Positions 10,740 to 21,769 are shown, counted from the stretch's first letter. The stretch: DNA of 64,000 bases from Candidatus Poribacteria bacterium (GCA_965205025.1 CBDBFU010000013.1:96001-160000), one strand, 5' to 3'. The notes: generated by a model from the sequence alone, not told the origin. Made by a program: numbers and translations.

Positions 10740-11768
10740 CTAATTCAGTAGTTTGGGATTGAAACGTGTATCGTATTGGCTTATAATTCGATTTTCAATG
10801 AATTTATACTTCTCTAATGAGACAGATCGAAGCACATCTGGATAGACAAGGTAATACCCAAAGGTTTCAGCCATATCTTCATTAGGATTCTTCTCATAGG
10901 CATAATCAGAAACAAATTCAGATCGCTTACTTGTATTTTTCCAACCTGATTCACTCGGTAGGTCTTCATACCATCCGCTTAGATTTATCCAATCTTCTTT
11001 AGTTTGTTCAGTAAAATAAAACTCCCATAGAAAATGTGTCTTTTCATGAACAAGTAATCTTCGAACATCATTATCAAAATTACGTTTAAATAGAGCTGCA
11101 GAAAGCTCAATGTAACCTTCAGATGTCCAAGCAAGACCAGGTGCTCTTACCTCATCATCAATTCTTTGAATGATATATCTCAATTCAGGAATTCTATGCC
11201 AAACAGGTGGAAATTCCTCAAGTATTGAGATAAAAATCATCAGATCTTTGTTATCAAAATCAGAATAATCCTCAGATGTTTCTTGTGTAGAGTTTTGAGT
11301 CAAAGAAATATATGAATGAATATCAACAACTATACCATATCTTGTTTTCAATATTTCTTCTATACCAGACCTATCTGAACCATTATGAGTTAAGAAATCA
11401 ACAATAGCAAAGTATAATCTTCTTTGTAGTTTATTCTTATCATCAGTTTCATTAGAGAATACATCCCTATTAACTGTAACGAAGACAACATCATTTAGAT
11501 GCATAAGTTTGATGTCGTCCTTCATCTTTTCCCTACTCATCTTCCATATAGATGAAGGAATTACGTAATCTGTAGAAATTGTTGTATCTAAAATATCTAA
11601 TATTTTTTGTGCGTGAGAAGACTTTAGTGATGCGTCTAATCTTACTGCATATTTCTTTTCAAGTATTATAATAGGATCATTCGTAGTTGTAATATTGCTA
11701 ACAGTATAACAACCTGCGGTGATTACAACGAATGAAAATAATACTATATAGACAACACGATACATCAA
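10740..11768 (-). CDS. Putative lipoprotein with zincin-like metallopeptidase domain
   Basis: Lipobox TAGC; HEKTH (HExxH) and downstream NPNEDMAE. Confidence 0.7.
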   Translation of the reverse strand: MMYRVVYIVLFSFVVITAGCYTVSNITTTNDPIIILEKKYAVRLDASLKSSHAQKILDILDTTISTDYVIPSSIWKMSREKMKDDIKLMHLNDVVFVTVNRDVFSNETDDKNKLQRRLYFAIVDFLTHNGSDRSGIEEILKTRYGIVVDIHSYISLTQNSTQETSEDYSDFDNKDLMIFISILEEFPPVWHRIPELRYIIQRIDDEVRAPGLAWTSEGYIELSAALFKRNFDNDVRRLLVHEKTHFLWEFYFTEQTKEDWINLSGWYEDLPSESGWKNTSKRSEFVSDYAYEKNPNEDMAETFGYYLVYPDVLRSVSLEKYKFIENRIISQYDTRFNPKLLN

Positions 11769-14200
11769 TCCTCTTTTAAACCTCTGCGTAATCGGAATGG
11801 ATCACTATTGACAATTTGTGATATAAGTACGGAACTCCTATAATCATTCTCTTCAAGAACTGAAACAATTTTGTCAACAGTAGGCTTATCATAGTATTCT
11901 AAACCCCGTCCCAATGCATAGGTCAGCATCTTCTCGGTTATACATTGTATGAACTGTTGTTTTTCACCTTTTAGAATTTTCTTTAGGTCGTTAATACCTG
12001 TGAATGAAGTACCATCTGAGAATTGTCCGGTGGTGTCAATCTCTAATTCTCCATCCTTTGTCCTATATTTCCCAATTGCATCATAGTTTTCCATTGCGAA
12101 TCCAATTGGATCCATTTTAGCGTGGCAGTTTGCACATGAAGGGTCTTCTCTATGTTGTTCAAGTCTTTCTCGTAGCGTTGTACCTGTAATTTTCTCATGA
12201 TCTTCATCTAATTCAGGAACATCTGGTGGGGGTGGTGGAGGTGGTGTGCCAAGGATTTGCTCCAAAACCCATCTACCCCTTTTAACTGGTGATGTTCGAG
12301 TAGGATTAGAGGTTGCCGTAAGTATGCTTGCTTGTGTTAGAATCCCTCCACGTTCAGGATTATTGAAGGAAACACGTCTAAAAGTATTACCCTTAATTTC
12401 CTTACCATTTTCATCACGCCAGATTCCGTAATGACCAGCTAAACGTTGATTTAGGTATGTGTAATCCGTATCCAGAATATCCAGTAGACTACGATCCTCT
12501 CGGAAAATTGATGCTAAGAATAACTTTGTTTCTTTATACATGTCTGCTTGTAGTTTAGGATTAAATGCAGGAAATCGTTCAGGATCAGGAGTAACGGTAT
12601 CCAGACGTTGGATTTGTAACCACTGTATGCCAAAGTTAGTTGCTAATATATCTGCTTTAGGATCACTAAGCATACGTTTAACCTGCTGGTCAAGTGATGA
12701 GCTTAATTGTCCATTCTCAGCGAGATCAAGAAGTTCATCATCTGGTAAACTACTCCAAATGAAGTAGGAGAGTCGTGATGCAAGATGAAATTCATCAATT
12801 GGAATTATATCTTCACTGACTGCAGTATCATCCAATTCTAAACGAAATAGGAATTTAGGTGAACAGAGAATTACTTTAATTGCTTGTTGAATCGCGGCTT
12901 CCCATTTAGTTCCATCTGCTTGTATAGTTTCAACATATTGTACAAGTTGTTCAATCTCATTCTCTGTCGGTGTACGTCGATATGCTTTCCGTAAAAGACG
13001 AGTTAAGACTTCACGTGTCTGTTCTACTTGAGGGATGTCTGGTGTGCAGGCTAATATCTTGAGTTGTGTTTTTGGTCTTGTGTCTAATGGTCCTTCAGAC
13101 CAAATTGTACGTACATACAGTTTTATATCCTGATTATCTTCTGCAGATTTTATCATTGCCATACCTGCACTTTGGATATTTGGAATTCGACTGACAAGAA
13201 ATTCAATAGTTTGATTATTATCCTTATCACTCTCTACAATATCAAAAATCTTCAATACCTTAATATTAGTATTAGATCCTGTATTTAAACCAACTAATTG
13301 ACTTAATTCCTCTTCTGTGGAAACATCCTCCAGATTATCACCTTGTATAAATAATGCCACCTTTTCTGTTGATTCACTTGACTTTTCAGCGTAGAATGTT
13401 GCCCTTAGATATGTCTCTTCATCTGGGAGCAGTTTTAGATATGCTGCATCTGTTGTAAATGGTCCTGACTTCCATTGTTCTGGTGCAGTTGGATCAAGTA
13501 AACGGTACCTTCTATTAGGCACATCATCATGTTGAGGATGAAGTTGTTTTATTCCTCTATAATGTTTTGCTGGTCTCGGAGGATTGACTAATATTACTCG
13601 AGTAACTATTGCTTCTGCTGCCTCAAGATATCGTTCCATTAAAAGAGGAGACATTGATAATACATCCGCAATATTATCAAATCCATGTCCTACATCATCA
13701 TCGGGAAAATTCTCTGTTGGATCGAAATCTACACCTAATAAATCTCTTACACTGTTTGTATATTCGAGTTTATTAAGACGTCGTGCAGTGATTTTCCCTG
13801 GATCGGGTTTTGAATAAAGGACAGCATCATCAAAAACGGATTGTATATGTTGAATAAATGACTCTGTCTCTTCAATTTTTGGCTGATCATTTCCTGGAGG
13901 TGGCATCTGGTCTATACTGACCATGTCTACGACTCTTTCCCACACATCGAAATTCTGAATGATAGATTGATTATCTTTGTATATATCAAGCGATAGACCT
14001 GCTTCAGGTTGATCTCCTGCATGGCAACCATAACAATATTTTTCTACAAATTGAATACCTTCTTTTGCAAAATCCGCTTTCTTTTTTTCACCTATACTAA
14101 ATTTTAAACTAAAACACGAAAGTAGTATAATTAAGAAAAGAAAGGATATTACATTCTTAAAAAAAGTGTTTGAATTACTCATTATAAAATACTTATTCAT
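11765..14200 (-). CDS. DUF1592/DUF1588/DUF1587/DUF1595 planctomycete-type cytochrome c protein
   Basis: CYGCH and CANCH, RRLNKLEY.N, LASRLSYFIWSS.PD, TSPVKRG.WV, YALGRG. Confidence 0.88.
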   Translation of the reverse strand: MNKYFIMSNSNTFFKNVISFLFLIILLSCFSLKFSIGEKKKADFAKEGIQFVEKYCYGCHAGDQPEAGLSLDIYKDNQSIIQNFDVWERVVDMVSIDQMPPPGNDQPKIEETESFIQHIQSVFDDAVLYSKPDPGKITARRLNKLEYTNSVRDLLGVDFDPTENFPDDDVGHGFDNIADVLSMSPLLMERYLEAAEAIVTRVILVNPPRPAKHYRGIKQLHPQHDDVPNRRYRLLDPTAPEQWKSGPFTTDAAYLKLLPDEETYLRATFYAEKSSESTEKVALFIQGDNLEDVSTEEELSQLVGLNTGSNTNIKVLKIFDIVESDKDNNQTIEFLVSRIPNIQSAGMAMIKSAEDNQDIKLYVRTIWSEGPLDTRPKTQLKILACTPDIPQVEQTREVLTRLLRKAYRRTPTENEIEQLVQYVETIQADGTKWEAAIQQAIKVILCSPKFLFRLELDDTAVSEDIIPIDEFHLASRLSYFIWSSLPDDELLDLAENGQLSSSLDQQVKRMLSDPKADILATNFGIQWLQIQRLDTVTPDPERFPAFNPKLQADMYKETKLFLASIFREDRSLLDILDTDYTYLNQRLAGHYGIWRDENGKEIKGNTFRRVSFNNPERGGILTQASILTATSNPTRTSPVKRGRWVLEQILGTPPPPPPPDVPELDEDHEKITGTTLRERLEQHREDPSCANCHAKMDPIGFAMENYDAIGKYRTKDGELEIDTTGQFSDGTSFTGINDLKKILKGEKQQFIQCITEKMLTYALGRGLEYYDKPTVDKIVSVLEENDYRSSVLISQIVNSDPFRLRRGLKED

Positions 14201-14328
14201 AATAGTATTGACGACTTGTGCTAATTACGCAGCAGTTTTGTTGTCTTTCACAACTGTTCATATTCTGTGGGAGCGATCTCCGAATCGCCACCCGTATGTA
14301 TTCGCTGGTGATTCATGGTAAAACAATG

Positions 14329-14668
14329 CTTGAGTTGAGAATAAGCCGGATTCTGTATATGATGATCATTCATCTGGGATTAATGTTACCATTAACCTCA
14401 AGCGGCTACCCGGAGACGAGACGGGCACACCTTTAAAAATCCCCGTTTTACCTTGCTCCAGATGGGGTTTACCAAGCACCATAAGTCACCCTATGGTCTG
14501 GTGTGCTTTTACCACACCGTTTCACCTGTACAACGTTGTACCGTTGTAGTCTACTTTCTGTTGCACTTTCCATAGCGTTACCGCTCCTGGGGATTACCCA
14601 GCATCCTGCCCTGCGGAGTCCGGACTTTCCTCATTCCAATTGGAACGCGACCATCTACTCAACTCAAG
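14329..14668 (-). ncRNA. rnpB: RNase P RNA (type A)
   Basis: Minus strand GAGGAAAGTCCGG...AGTGCAACAGAAA...ACAGAATCCGGCTTAT; terminal helix CTTGAGTTGAG / CTCAACTCAAG. Confidence 0.95.
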
Positions 14669-14675
14669 TCATTAT

Positions 14676-14705
14676 AAGATAACATAATTAAGCTGTAATT
14701 GGCAA
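14676..14705 (-). promoter_or_regulatory. Candidate sigma70 promoter of rnpB
   Basis: TTGCCA-18 nt-TATCTT with TG extension, ending about 7 nt before the RNA 5' end. Confidence 0.4.
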
Positions 14706-14782
14706 TATTCATCAAGTCTAAATTTGTAATTCAATACTGTATATGTAGAGTTCGTATCAGCAATAACAGGAATGTACTTTAT

Positions 14783-15872
14783 CAGGACTTACGCAAAATT
14801 ACAAAATGTGTTATTCTTATTGATTATGAACACATTTACACATTCTAAAAAGAAGCAAGACTTATTTTCCGATTATTGTCAATATTTGTTTTCAAGTTTC
14901 ACTAATTTTACACAAACTTATTTTGCTAAACATACAGACCGTTGGAGCCACGATCAACTCAATCGCTTTCTGAGAGACGAAAACATTCCTACAAGTGAAC
15001 TCTGGGCATCCGTCAAAGACGACATCGACTTTGATGAAGAAGGATACCTGATTTTTGATGATGTTGTGCTGTCAAAAATACATTCTAAACGGATTGAAAT
15101 AGTACGCTCTCAATGGAGTGGTAGTGACAGAAAGGTGATTCAAGGTATCGGTATTGTCACCTGTCTCTATGTCAACCCTAAGACACAGGAATATTGGGTC
15201 ATTGATTACCGTATTTTTGACAGAGATCATGACGGTAAAACCAAAATCGATCATTTATTGGATATGTTGCACGATGCTTATTCTAAGAAACAACTCCCAT
15301 TCCGGACAGTCTTGATGGACTCTTGGTATGCGTCCATGAAAGTGATGAAAGCGATTGATAGACTTTCTAAGATCTATTATGTTCCGTTGAAACGAAACCG
15401 TCTTGTGAATGATACCAAAGGTGTAGAACCTCACAAGGCAGTCAAAGATCTATCTTGGTCTCAAGCAGAAAAGAAAAGCGGTAAACGCGTACATCTCAAA
15501 AACTTTCCGAAAGGTTCTGTCGTAAAGTTATTCCGGTTTGTGTCTGATACCGGACGCACGGAATATATAGTGACAAACGATTTGACACAATCAAATGTGG
15601 ATATGACTCACCAAAAGTGTCGTCTCCGTTGGAAGATTGAACTCCTTCATCGTGAGATGAAACAAGTAACCGGTATTGGTAAATGCCAATGTCGTAAGGT
15701 GCGTGCCCAGAGAAATCATATTGCGTGTAGTTTCCAAGTATGGGTCTTTATGACGCGTGTTGTACGTGCTGTTGGACAAAAGATTTACAAGTTTAAAGAT
15801 GGTTTATTGAGTGATTACTTAAAACATCAACTCTCAAATCCTTCAATAAAATTTAAAACTGCGTAAGTCCTG
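14783..15872 (+). mobile_element. IS701-family insertion sequence, copy 1 (1090 bp)
   Basis: TIR CAGGACTTACGCA / TGCGTAAGTCCTG; 5-bp TSD TTTAT. Confidence 0.92.
14826..15866 (+). CDS. IS701-family DDE transposase
   Basis: IFDD, VLMDSWY, RWKIE.LHRE.KQ; start placed inside the TIR-bounded element. Confidence 0.88.
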   Translation: MNTFTHSKKKQDLFSDYCQYLFSSFTNFTQTYFAKHTDRWSHDQLNRFLRDENIPTSELWASVKDDIDFDEEGYLIFDDVVLSKIHSKRIEIVRSQWSGSDRKVIQGIGIVTCLYVNPKTQEYWVIDYRIFDRDHDGKTKIDHLLDMLHDAYSKKQLPFRTVLMDSWYASMKVMKAIDRLSKIYYVPLKRNRLVNDTKGVEPHKAVKDLSWSQAEKKSGKRVHLKNFPKGSVVKLFRFVSDTGRTEYIVTNDLTQSNVDMTHQKCRLRWKIELLHREMKQVTGIGKCQCRKVRAQRNHIACSFQVWVFMTRVVRAVGQKIYKFKDGLLSDYLKHQLSNPSIKFKTA

Positions 15873-15898
15873 TTTATTTTAAATTACATTAAAAAGAA

Positions 15899-15956
15899 CA
15901 GGACTTACAAAACAGAAATAAAAGTGTTGAACACTTAGTCTGTAATGTAAGTCCTT
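15899..15956. repeat. Tiny element or hairpin with IS701-like ends
   Basis: AGGACTTACA ... TGTAAGTCCT; no clear TSD. Confidence 0.5.
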
Positions 15957-15973
15957 AGATTCAACAGAATGAT

Positions 15974-18900
15974 TTATGAACATCCACTTGTAGCGCCACA
16001 ATTAGTGCAGCGATAACATATTCCACTGCGAATCATAAGTGTGCCACATTCATGACAAGGTGGTGCATCCCCGTGTCGGAGTGTGATCATTTTCTCATGG
16101 TCTGCCCATGGATTTGATTCACCGTTGTTCCCATGGGGTTCTGGTAGTGTGTCTTCAGGTAGAGCTATCTGTTCGTCTAATCCAATGGCATCAGTTGACA
16201 ACTCATGGCCGTCCCTCGGTAGGAATTCCTTTCCAAGCCAACGGAACACATAATCAACGATTGACTTTGCCATAGGAATATCTGGATCTTGTGTAAATCC
16301 TGATGGGTCAAACCGTACATGACTAAACTTATCTACCAATGACTCTAACGGAACACCATATTGAAGTGCTACAGAAATGAGGATAGCAATTGAGTCCATC
16401 AGACCGGAAATTGTTGATCCTTGCTTACTCATTGTCAGGAATACTTCACCCGGTGTATCATCTTCAAAGAAACCAACATGCATGTATCCTTCATGACCAC
16501 CAACGCTGAATTTATGTGTGATAGAGTTTCTTTTATCAGGGAGACGTCTCCGTACTGGAAGGGCAACGGTCTCCTCTTCCGTATCCTGCGTAGTACTGGT
16601 AGAAAGGGGTTGACTTCCTTTACTTCCATCACGGTATATAGCGAGACACTTCACACCGAGTCGCCATGCTTCTACATAGAGTTCCTTGATATCATCAACT
16701 GTCGCATCGTTTGGCACATTAACAGTTTTTGAGATCGCCCCTGAAATAAAAGGTTGTACAGCAGCCATTAATTTCAACGGACCCATATGATGGATAAAAC
16801 GGGTTCCATGTTTTCCTGATTGAACTGCACAATCAAATACAGGATAATGTTCAGTAGATAGATGTGGTGCACCTTCAATTGTTCCTGTACCACAAATCAT
16901 CTCTTCAGCATAAGCAATTTCACTGGCATTAAATCCAAGATATGCAAGGAGATTAAAATTTGGATCATCCGCTTTATCTGTGGAGATACCTAAGCGTGAA
17001 AGACATTTCTCTCCAAGAAAACCTGGGGCAAAAGCAAGATTAAGATCAAAGGAACTTGGCAGCATCTCTTCTACATGCTCAATATCCTCATCAGTAAATC
17101 CTTTATACTTAAGAGATTCAGGATTTATATAAGGTGTTCCTTCAAGTGTTCCAGTACCAACGATATGCGTTACAATTTCCTCAATATGTTGTGAACTATA
17201 ACCGAGTTTCTGTAATGCATCACGAACACTTTGATTGACAATCTTGATATATCCACCACCGGCTAACTTCTTGAATTTAACAAGAGCGAACTCAGGTTCA
17301 ATGCCGGTTGTATCACAATCCATGAGAAGAGCGATGGTACCTGTCGGGGCGATAACACTGATTTGCGAGTTCCGATATCCCCACTGTTCACCGTTCTGTA
17401 AACAGGTATCCCAATCCTCGCGTGCTGCTTTTAATAGATCTGTCGGACAAGTAGTTGCATCTATCTTATATGCAGCATCACGGTGCATCTTAATTACACC
17501 CAACATAGACTCAGTATTTTTCTCATATCCAGCAAATGCACCGATACTTTTTGCAATTTCTGAACTTGTCTGGTATCCTTTACCACTCAAAATAGCCGTA
17601 ATCGCGCCAGCATAACTGCAGGCTTCGGCACTATCATAGGGAATTCCTAAACGCATTAGGAGTGCACCCAAGTTGGCAAATCCAAGTCCAAGGGGACGAT
17701 ATTCATGTGATCGTCTGGCAATTTTGGGTGTTGGATATGAAGATAGATCCACGATAATCTCCATTGCCGTGATGAATACCTTTACAGTTGCTCTGAATCC
17801 ATCTATATCAAATGAACCATCATCATTCAGGTATTTAACAAGATTAATACTTGCTAAATTACATGCAGAATCATCTAAGAAAAGATATTCACTACAAGGA
17901 TTACTTGCATAAATCCGATCACTCTCTTTACAAGTATGCCAAGTTTGAATTGTATCATCGAATTGAACCCCTGGATCGGCACATGCCCATGCGGCATCAG
18001 CGATTTTCTGCATTAATTCCTTTGCTTCATATTCTTCTGCCACTTCACCTGAGACTCGGTAAGTTGTTTGCCATTTATTCCCGTCTAAGTAAGCATCCAT
18101 GAAGACATCAGGAATTCGTACTGAGTTATTACTGTTCTGTCCACTAACCGTACCATAGGCTTCTCCATTAAAGTCTGATGGGTAACCTGCAGCGATTAAT
18201 GTTTTTGCCTTTTCTTCTTCCTTCATTTTCCAGTCGATATAATCAACGATTTCAGGATGGTCCATATCCAAGATGACCATTTTGGCTGCTCGTCTTGTTG
18301 TTCCTCCTGACTTAATACTACCTGCCCACCTATCAAAACCTTCTAAAAAAGATATTACGCCAGAACTCTCACCACCACTTGATAGATGTTCACCTTTGGC
18401 TCGTACACGACTAAAATTAGATCCGGTACCACTACCATATTTAAATAGTCTTACTTCAGACTTTTGGAGATCAAGCATTGAATCAAGTGTATCATCCACA
18501 CTTTGAATAAAACATGCTGAGTTTTGTGGATGCTCGTAGGCATTTTGCGTTATATTAACTTTTCTTTCTTCTTTGTCCCAATAATAGTTGCCACCAGCCC
18601 CTTTGATATCATATTCATGCCATAACCCACAGTTAAACCATACTGGGGAATTGAAAGCCCCATGTTGATTAACAAGGATATGTGTCAACTCCATTTCGAA
18701 TGTATCTGCATCTTCTGTTGATGCGAAATATCCCCCGAATTCTTCACCCGCACGTCGAAGTGTACGTGCCACACGTGTTACTAATTGTCGAACACTACTT
18801 TCAGATTCTATATCAGGAACACCAGCTTTTCTAAAATATTTTGAGGAAGCGATGTCTGTTGCGAGTTGAGTCCAAAAATTGGGAACTTCAACTTGATCTT

Positions 18901-19081
18901 GTTTGAAAATCACATTACCTTTTTCATTGTAAATTGCAGAATCACGTCGTTCCCATTCAATCCCGTCGAAGGGGTGTACGTCGGGTTTAGTAAAGTGACG
19001 ATCAAAGGTGAGACCTGTTCCATCACCATCTGTTGGATCGTTTATCGCTTCATCATTATCTCTGAGATTATCTTCTGCCAT
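15974..19081 (-). CDS. nrdJ: Vitamin B12-dependent (class II) ribonucleotide reductase with C-terminal TSCPD/Zn-ribbon domain
   Basis: FNSP, SACFI, TRRAAKM, NPCSE, APTGTI, GAISKT, YRDGSK, CHECG...CTNCG. Confidence 0.95.
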   Translation of the reverse strand: MAEDNLRDNDEAINDPTDGDGTGLTFDRHFTKPDVHPFDGIEWERRDSAIYNEKGNVIFKQDQVEVPNFWTQLATDIASSKYFRKAGVPDIESESSVRQLVTRVARTLRRAGEEFGGYFASTEDADTFEMELTHILVNQHGAFNSPVWFNCGLWHEYDIKGAGGNYYWDKEERKVNITQNAYEHPQNSACFIQSVDDTLDSMLDLQKSEVRLFKYGSGTGSNFSRVRAKGEHLSSGGESSGVISFLEGFDRWAGSIKSGGTTRRAAKMVILDMDHPEIVDYIDWKMKEEEKAKTLIAAGYPSDFNGEAYGTVSGQNSNNSVRIPDVFMDAYLDGNKWQTTYRVSGEVAEEYEAKELMQKIADAAWACADPGVQFDDTIQTWHTCKESDRIYASNPCSEYLFLDDSACNLASINLVKYLNDDGSFDIDGFRATVKVFITAMEIIVDLSSYPTPKIARRSHEYRPLGLGFANLGALLMRLGIPYDSAEACSYAGAITAILSGKGYQTSSEIAKSIGAFAGYEKNTESMLGVIKMHRDAAYKIDATTCPTDLLKAAREDWDTCLQNGEQWGYRNSQISVIAPTGTIALLMDCDTTGIEPEFALVKFKKLAGGGYIKIVNQSVRDALQKLGYSSQHIEEIVTHIVGTGTLEGTPYINPESLKYKGFTDEDIEHVEEMLPSSFDLNLAFAPGFLGEKCLSRLGISTDKADDPNFNLLAYLGFNASEIAYAEEMICGTGTIEGAPHLSTEHYPVFDCAVQSGKHGTRFIHHMGPLKLMAAVQPFISGAISKTVNVPNDATVDDIKELYVEAWRLGVKCLAIYRDGSKGSQPLSTSTTQDTEEETVALPVRRRLPDKRNSITHKFSVGGHEGYMHVGFFEDDTPGEVFLTMSKQGSTISGLMDSIAILISVALQYGVPLESLVDKFSHVRFDPSGFTQDPDIPMAKSIVDYVFRWLGKEFLPRDGHELSTDAIGLDEQIALPEDTLPEPHGNNGESNPWADHEKMITLRHGDAPPCHECGTLMIRSGICYRCTNCGATSGCS

Positions 19082-19607
19082 GATTGCCTCCTTTTGTCAA
19101 TTCTACCATATTTAAAATAATTAAATCAATCTAAACTTGTCAATTTTTTCATAATTAAAATATACTATTTTAAAACTGCCTTTCAATGAAAAATATAATT
19201 CTTGGAATGAATATAGATCTGACAAAACGTCATCCAACTAATTCAAAATATGAGTAAATGGAATATTGATCAATTATTATTTTCATTAATTACAACGTTC
19301 AAAAATGTAATATATCTTCAAATAGTTTGAAATTTCTGAATTACCTTCATATCTATAGTGTATTACTGTTTTGTTAAATAGTTTTATTGTCACTAATTGT
19401 CTGTAGATGGATAAAGAGAGTATTCATTTATGATGGTCAGGGTCAGCATATTTGAGTAAGCTATATAAAGGAAATTACTATTCAATTCAGTTGGATCTAC
19501 ATATTCCCGACTCTTTCTTCCTTTTTCTATATGCGGTGTTTTCGCTCCCTGCTCTTCTCTTCTGTAGGAGGGAACTCAGATCCACAATTTTTGTACCACA
19601 AACTTTA

Positions 19608-19822
19608 TGAAGATTAATTTTTAATTTCGGTAATTTTGTTTTTTGTGCTATCCTCTTGTTCAAGGAGGTATTTATTCATGGCAAAACATCATAAACTTGA
19701 ACTCAGCGAAACTGAACGACAAAAACTCGTTGAACTCCGTGATAAAGGCGAACCGAATTATCTACGGGAACGCGCTGCTGCCCTTTTTCGGATTATTACC
19801 GAATTAAAAAATTAATCTTTAT
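19608..19822 (+). mobile_element. Internally deleted derivative of the IS630 at 36861-38100
   Basis: Both TIRs plus RBS and start MAKHHKLELSETERQKLVELRDKGEP fused directly to the 3' end TCGGATTATTACCGAATT. Confidence 0.88.
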
Positions 19823-19994
19823 TCGGCATTCTCCGTGGTTAGAAACCGAGTCTACCAAGGGAAAAGGATGTTGTATGAAATAAACTGAAAACCTTATGAT
19901 CCGCGATATTCATGACAATACAAAATCCTTGATATATCAAGTAAATGATGGTAAACTAAACCGAAGAGCTGAAATGTAGACTAAGGAGTTACGT

Positions 19995-20585
19995 ATGGCT
20001 GTAGAATATACCAAAACAATTACAGAAGTGATTAAACAATTAGAAGAAGGGAATCCAGTACCAACTCTTGTCCCAAAGAATGCATGGAGTAATGAACTAA
20101 CAGATTCATTGGCAGACCTATCCCTTGAAGATCTATTTCTGGGAAAGCAAGTTAAGGATGATACATACGCAAAGGCGATCAAGAGCGGCTTACTCCTTTG
20201 GAATGATGCCCTGGACGAATCTCACGAAATATCACAAACACTTGGAAATGATACGGGTAGTTATTGGCACGGACTGATGCACCGTCGAGAACCGGACTAT
20301 AGTAATTCAAAGTATTGGTTTGGAAGAGTTGGAGATCATCCCATATTCCCTACGCTTCAAGATCGTGTACTTTCATTGTTTAAAGAAATAGAAAACCCAT
20401 CGGACACCTTATCACAGGTTATCCAAACAATTGAATCTCAAGATAATTGGGATAGTTTCCAGTTTGTTGATTGGTGTGAATCTGCTGAAAAAGATCCTAC
20501 ATCTGATAGTACAGAGTTCCTAAAACAGATACAAGCTGAAGAGATAAAATTATTATTGGCATATTCATATCAAAATGCTATCTGA
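19995..20585 (+). CDS. Conserved hypothetical protein
   Basis: AAGGAG RBS; LWNDALDESHEISQ...YWHG.MHRREPDY.N.KYW. Confidence 0.75.
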   Translation: MAVEYTKTITEVIKQLEEGNPVPTLVPKNAWSNELTDSLADLSLEDLFLGKQVKDDTYAKAIKSGLLLWNDALDESHEISQTLGNDTGSYWHGLMHRREPDYSNSKYWFGRVGDHPIFPTLQDRVLSLFKEIENPSDTLSQVIQTIESQDNWDSFQFVDWCESAEKDPTSDSTEFLKQIQAEEIKLLLAYSYQNAI

Positions 20586-20601
20586 GATAGACTATCTATA
20601 A

Positions 20602-20733
20602 TAGGACTTACGTAGTCTGTGTAGAAAATAGAAGATTTTAGTCAAAAATCCGACAATTAAGTACTTTTTTTATCTTTTAACCCCCTAAATCCCCCTTATC
20701 AAGGGGACTTTAAGAGGTATTGCTTAAGTCTTG
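20602..20733. mobile_element. MITE with IS701-type ends carrying a CCCCCTTATCAAGGGG hairpin
   Basis: TAGGACTTACG ... CTTAAGTCTTG ends; 5-bp TSD TATAA. Confidence 0.75.
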
Positions 20734-20761
20734 TATAATAGGAATTTTCAAGGAGATTAAG

Positions 20762-21769
20762 ATGATTTCAAATAGTAGAATAGTTATGTTACACGGATGG
20801 TGTTCTTTATTGGCAATTATAGTATTAACATCGTTTGCTGTTTCATGTGTCCCTTCAAGCATAGATACTGCAGGTACTACACCTGTAAGGGCAAGTGAAG
20901 GATATTCGGAGATATTAGAACTTTCAAAACAACTCAATACTACGAGCGATACAGCAACCGCTGAGATGGTAATTGATAAATCTAAATCTTTTATCAAGAC
21001 ACATCCTAAATACGATAAAGTTGATAAAATCTATTTTATCTTAGGATCTGTTTTAGTTGAGTTTGATAGTCCTGAAGAAGGAATTACCGTATTAGAAGAA
21101 TTGATACGCTACTATCCACTTGCACCTTCAGTTGAACCCGGTCTGTTAAATTTGGGAATTGCTTATGATAAATTAAGTAGGCATGACAAAGCAGATGAAA
21201 CCTATTACAAATTGATCAATAACTCGAAATACAATAATGGTCAATATGCAAAGACTGCTAAGACACTTCTTGAAACAGATGTTTCTGACAGAAAGGGATC
21301 TCTTGATGAATTGTCAGATGCATCGACGTCAACTAATTTCATTGATAAAAAGGCGATAGATTTTCAGGTTGTGGATTTAAATGGAGAACCATTATCGTTA
21401 GAGAAATATCGTGGAAAGATAGTACTTCTGGATTTTTGGGCAACATGGTGTCCACCGTGTAGAGCGGAAATGCCCTTTGTAATGAGTACATACCAGAAAT
21501 ATAAGAATCAGAACTTTGAGATAATCGGCATTAGTTTAGATAGAGATTTGAACGAACTTACGACATATTTGGAAACAAATGGAATTACATGGCCTCAATA
21601 TTATGATAATAGGGATCAGATATCAGATTTATATCAAGTACATGCAATACCTACTACTTACTTGATTGATAATAAAGGGATAATACGTTACGCAAACTTA
21701 CGAGGGAATGCACTTGAGAATGCTGTAAGGCAGCTTGTATTAGAAACCAATAGTCCTTATCTTGAATAA
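20762..21769 (+). CDS. TPR + TlpA-like thioredoxin (redoxin) lipoprotein
   Basis: AVSC lipobox, TPR helices, DFWATWCPPC. Confidence 0.85.
   Translation: MISNSRIVMLHGWCSLLAIIVLTSFAVSCVPSSIDTAGTTPVRASEGYSEILELSKQLNTTSDTATAEMVIDKSKSFIKTHPKYDKVDKIYFILGSVLVEFDSPEEGITVLEELIRYYPLAPSVEPGLLNLGIAYDKLSRHDKADETYYKLINNSKYNNGQYAKTAKTLLETDVSDRKGSLDELSDASTSTNFIDKKAIDFQVVDLNGEPLSLEKYRGKIVLLDFWATWCPPCRAEMPFVMSTYQKYKNQNFEIIGISLDRDLNELTTYLETNGITWPQYYDNRDQISDLYQVHAIPTTYLIDNKGIIRYANLRGNALENAVRQLVLETNSPYLE

Noticed and set aside
19345-19365. NrdR box upstream of nrdJ
   Set aside because: Only a half match (ACACTATA), single and far from the start codon.
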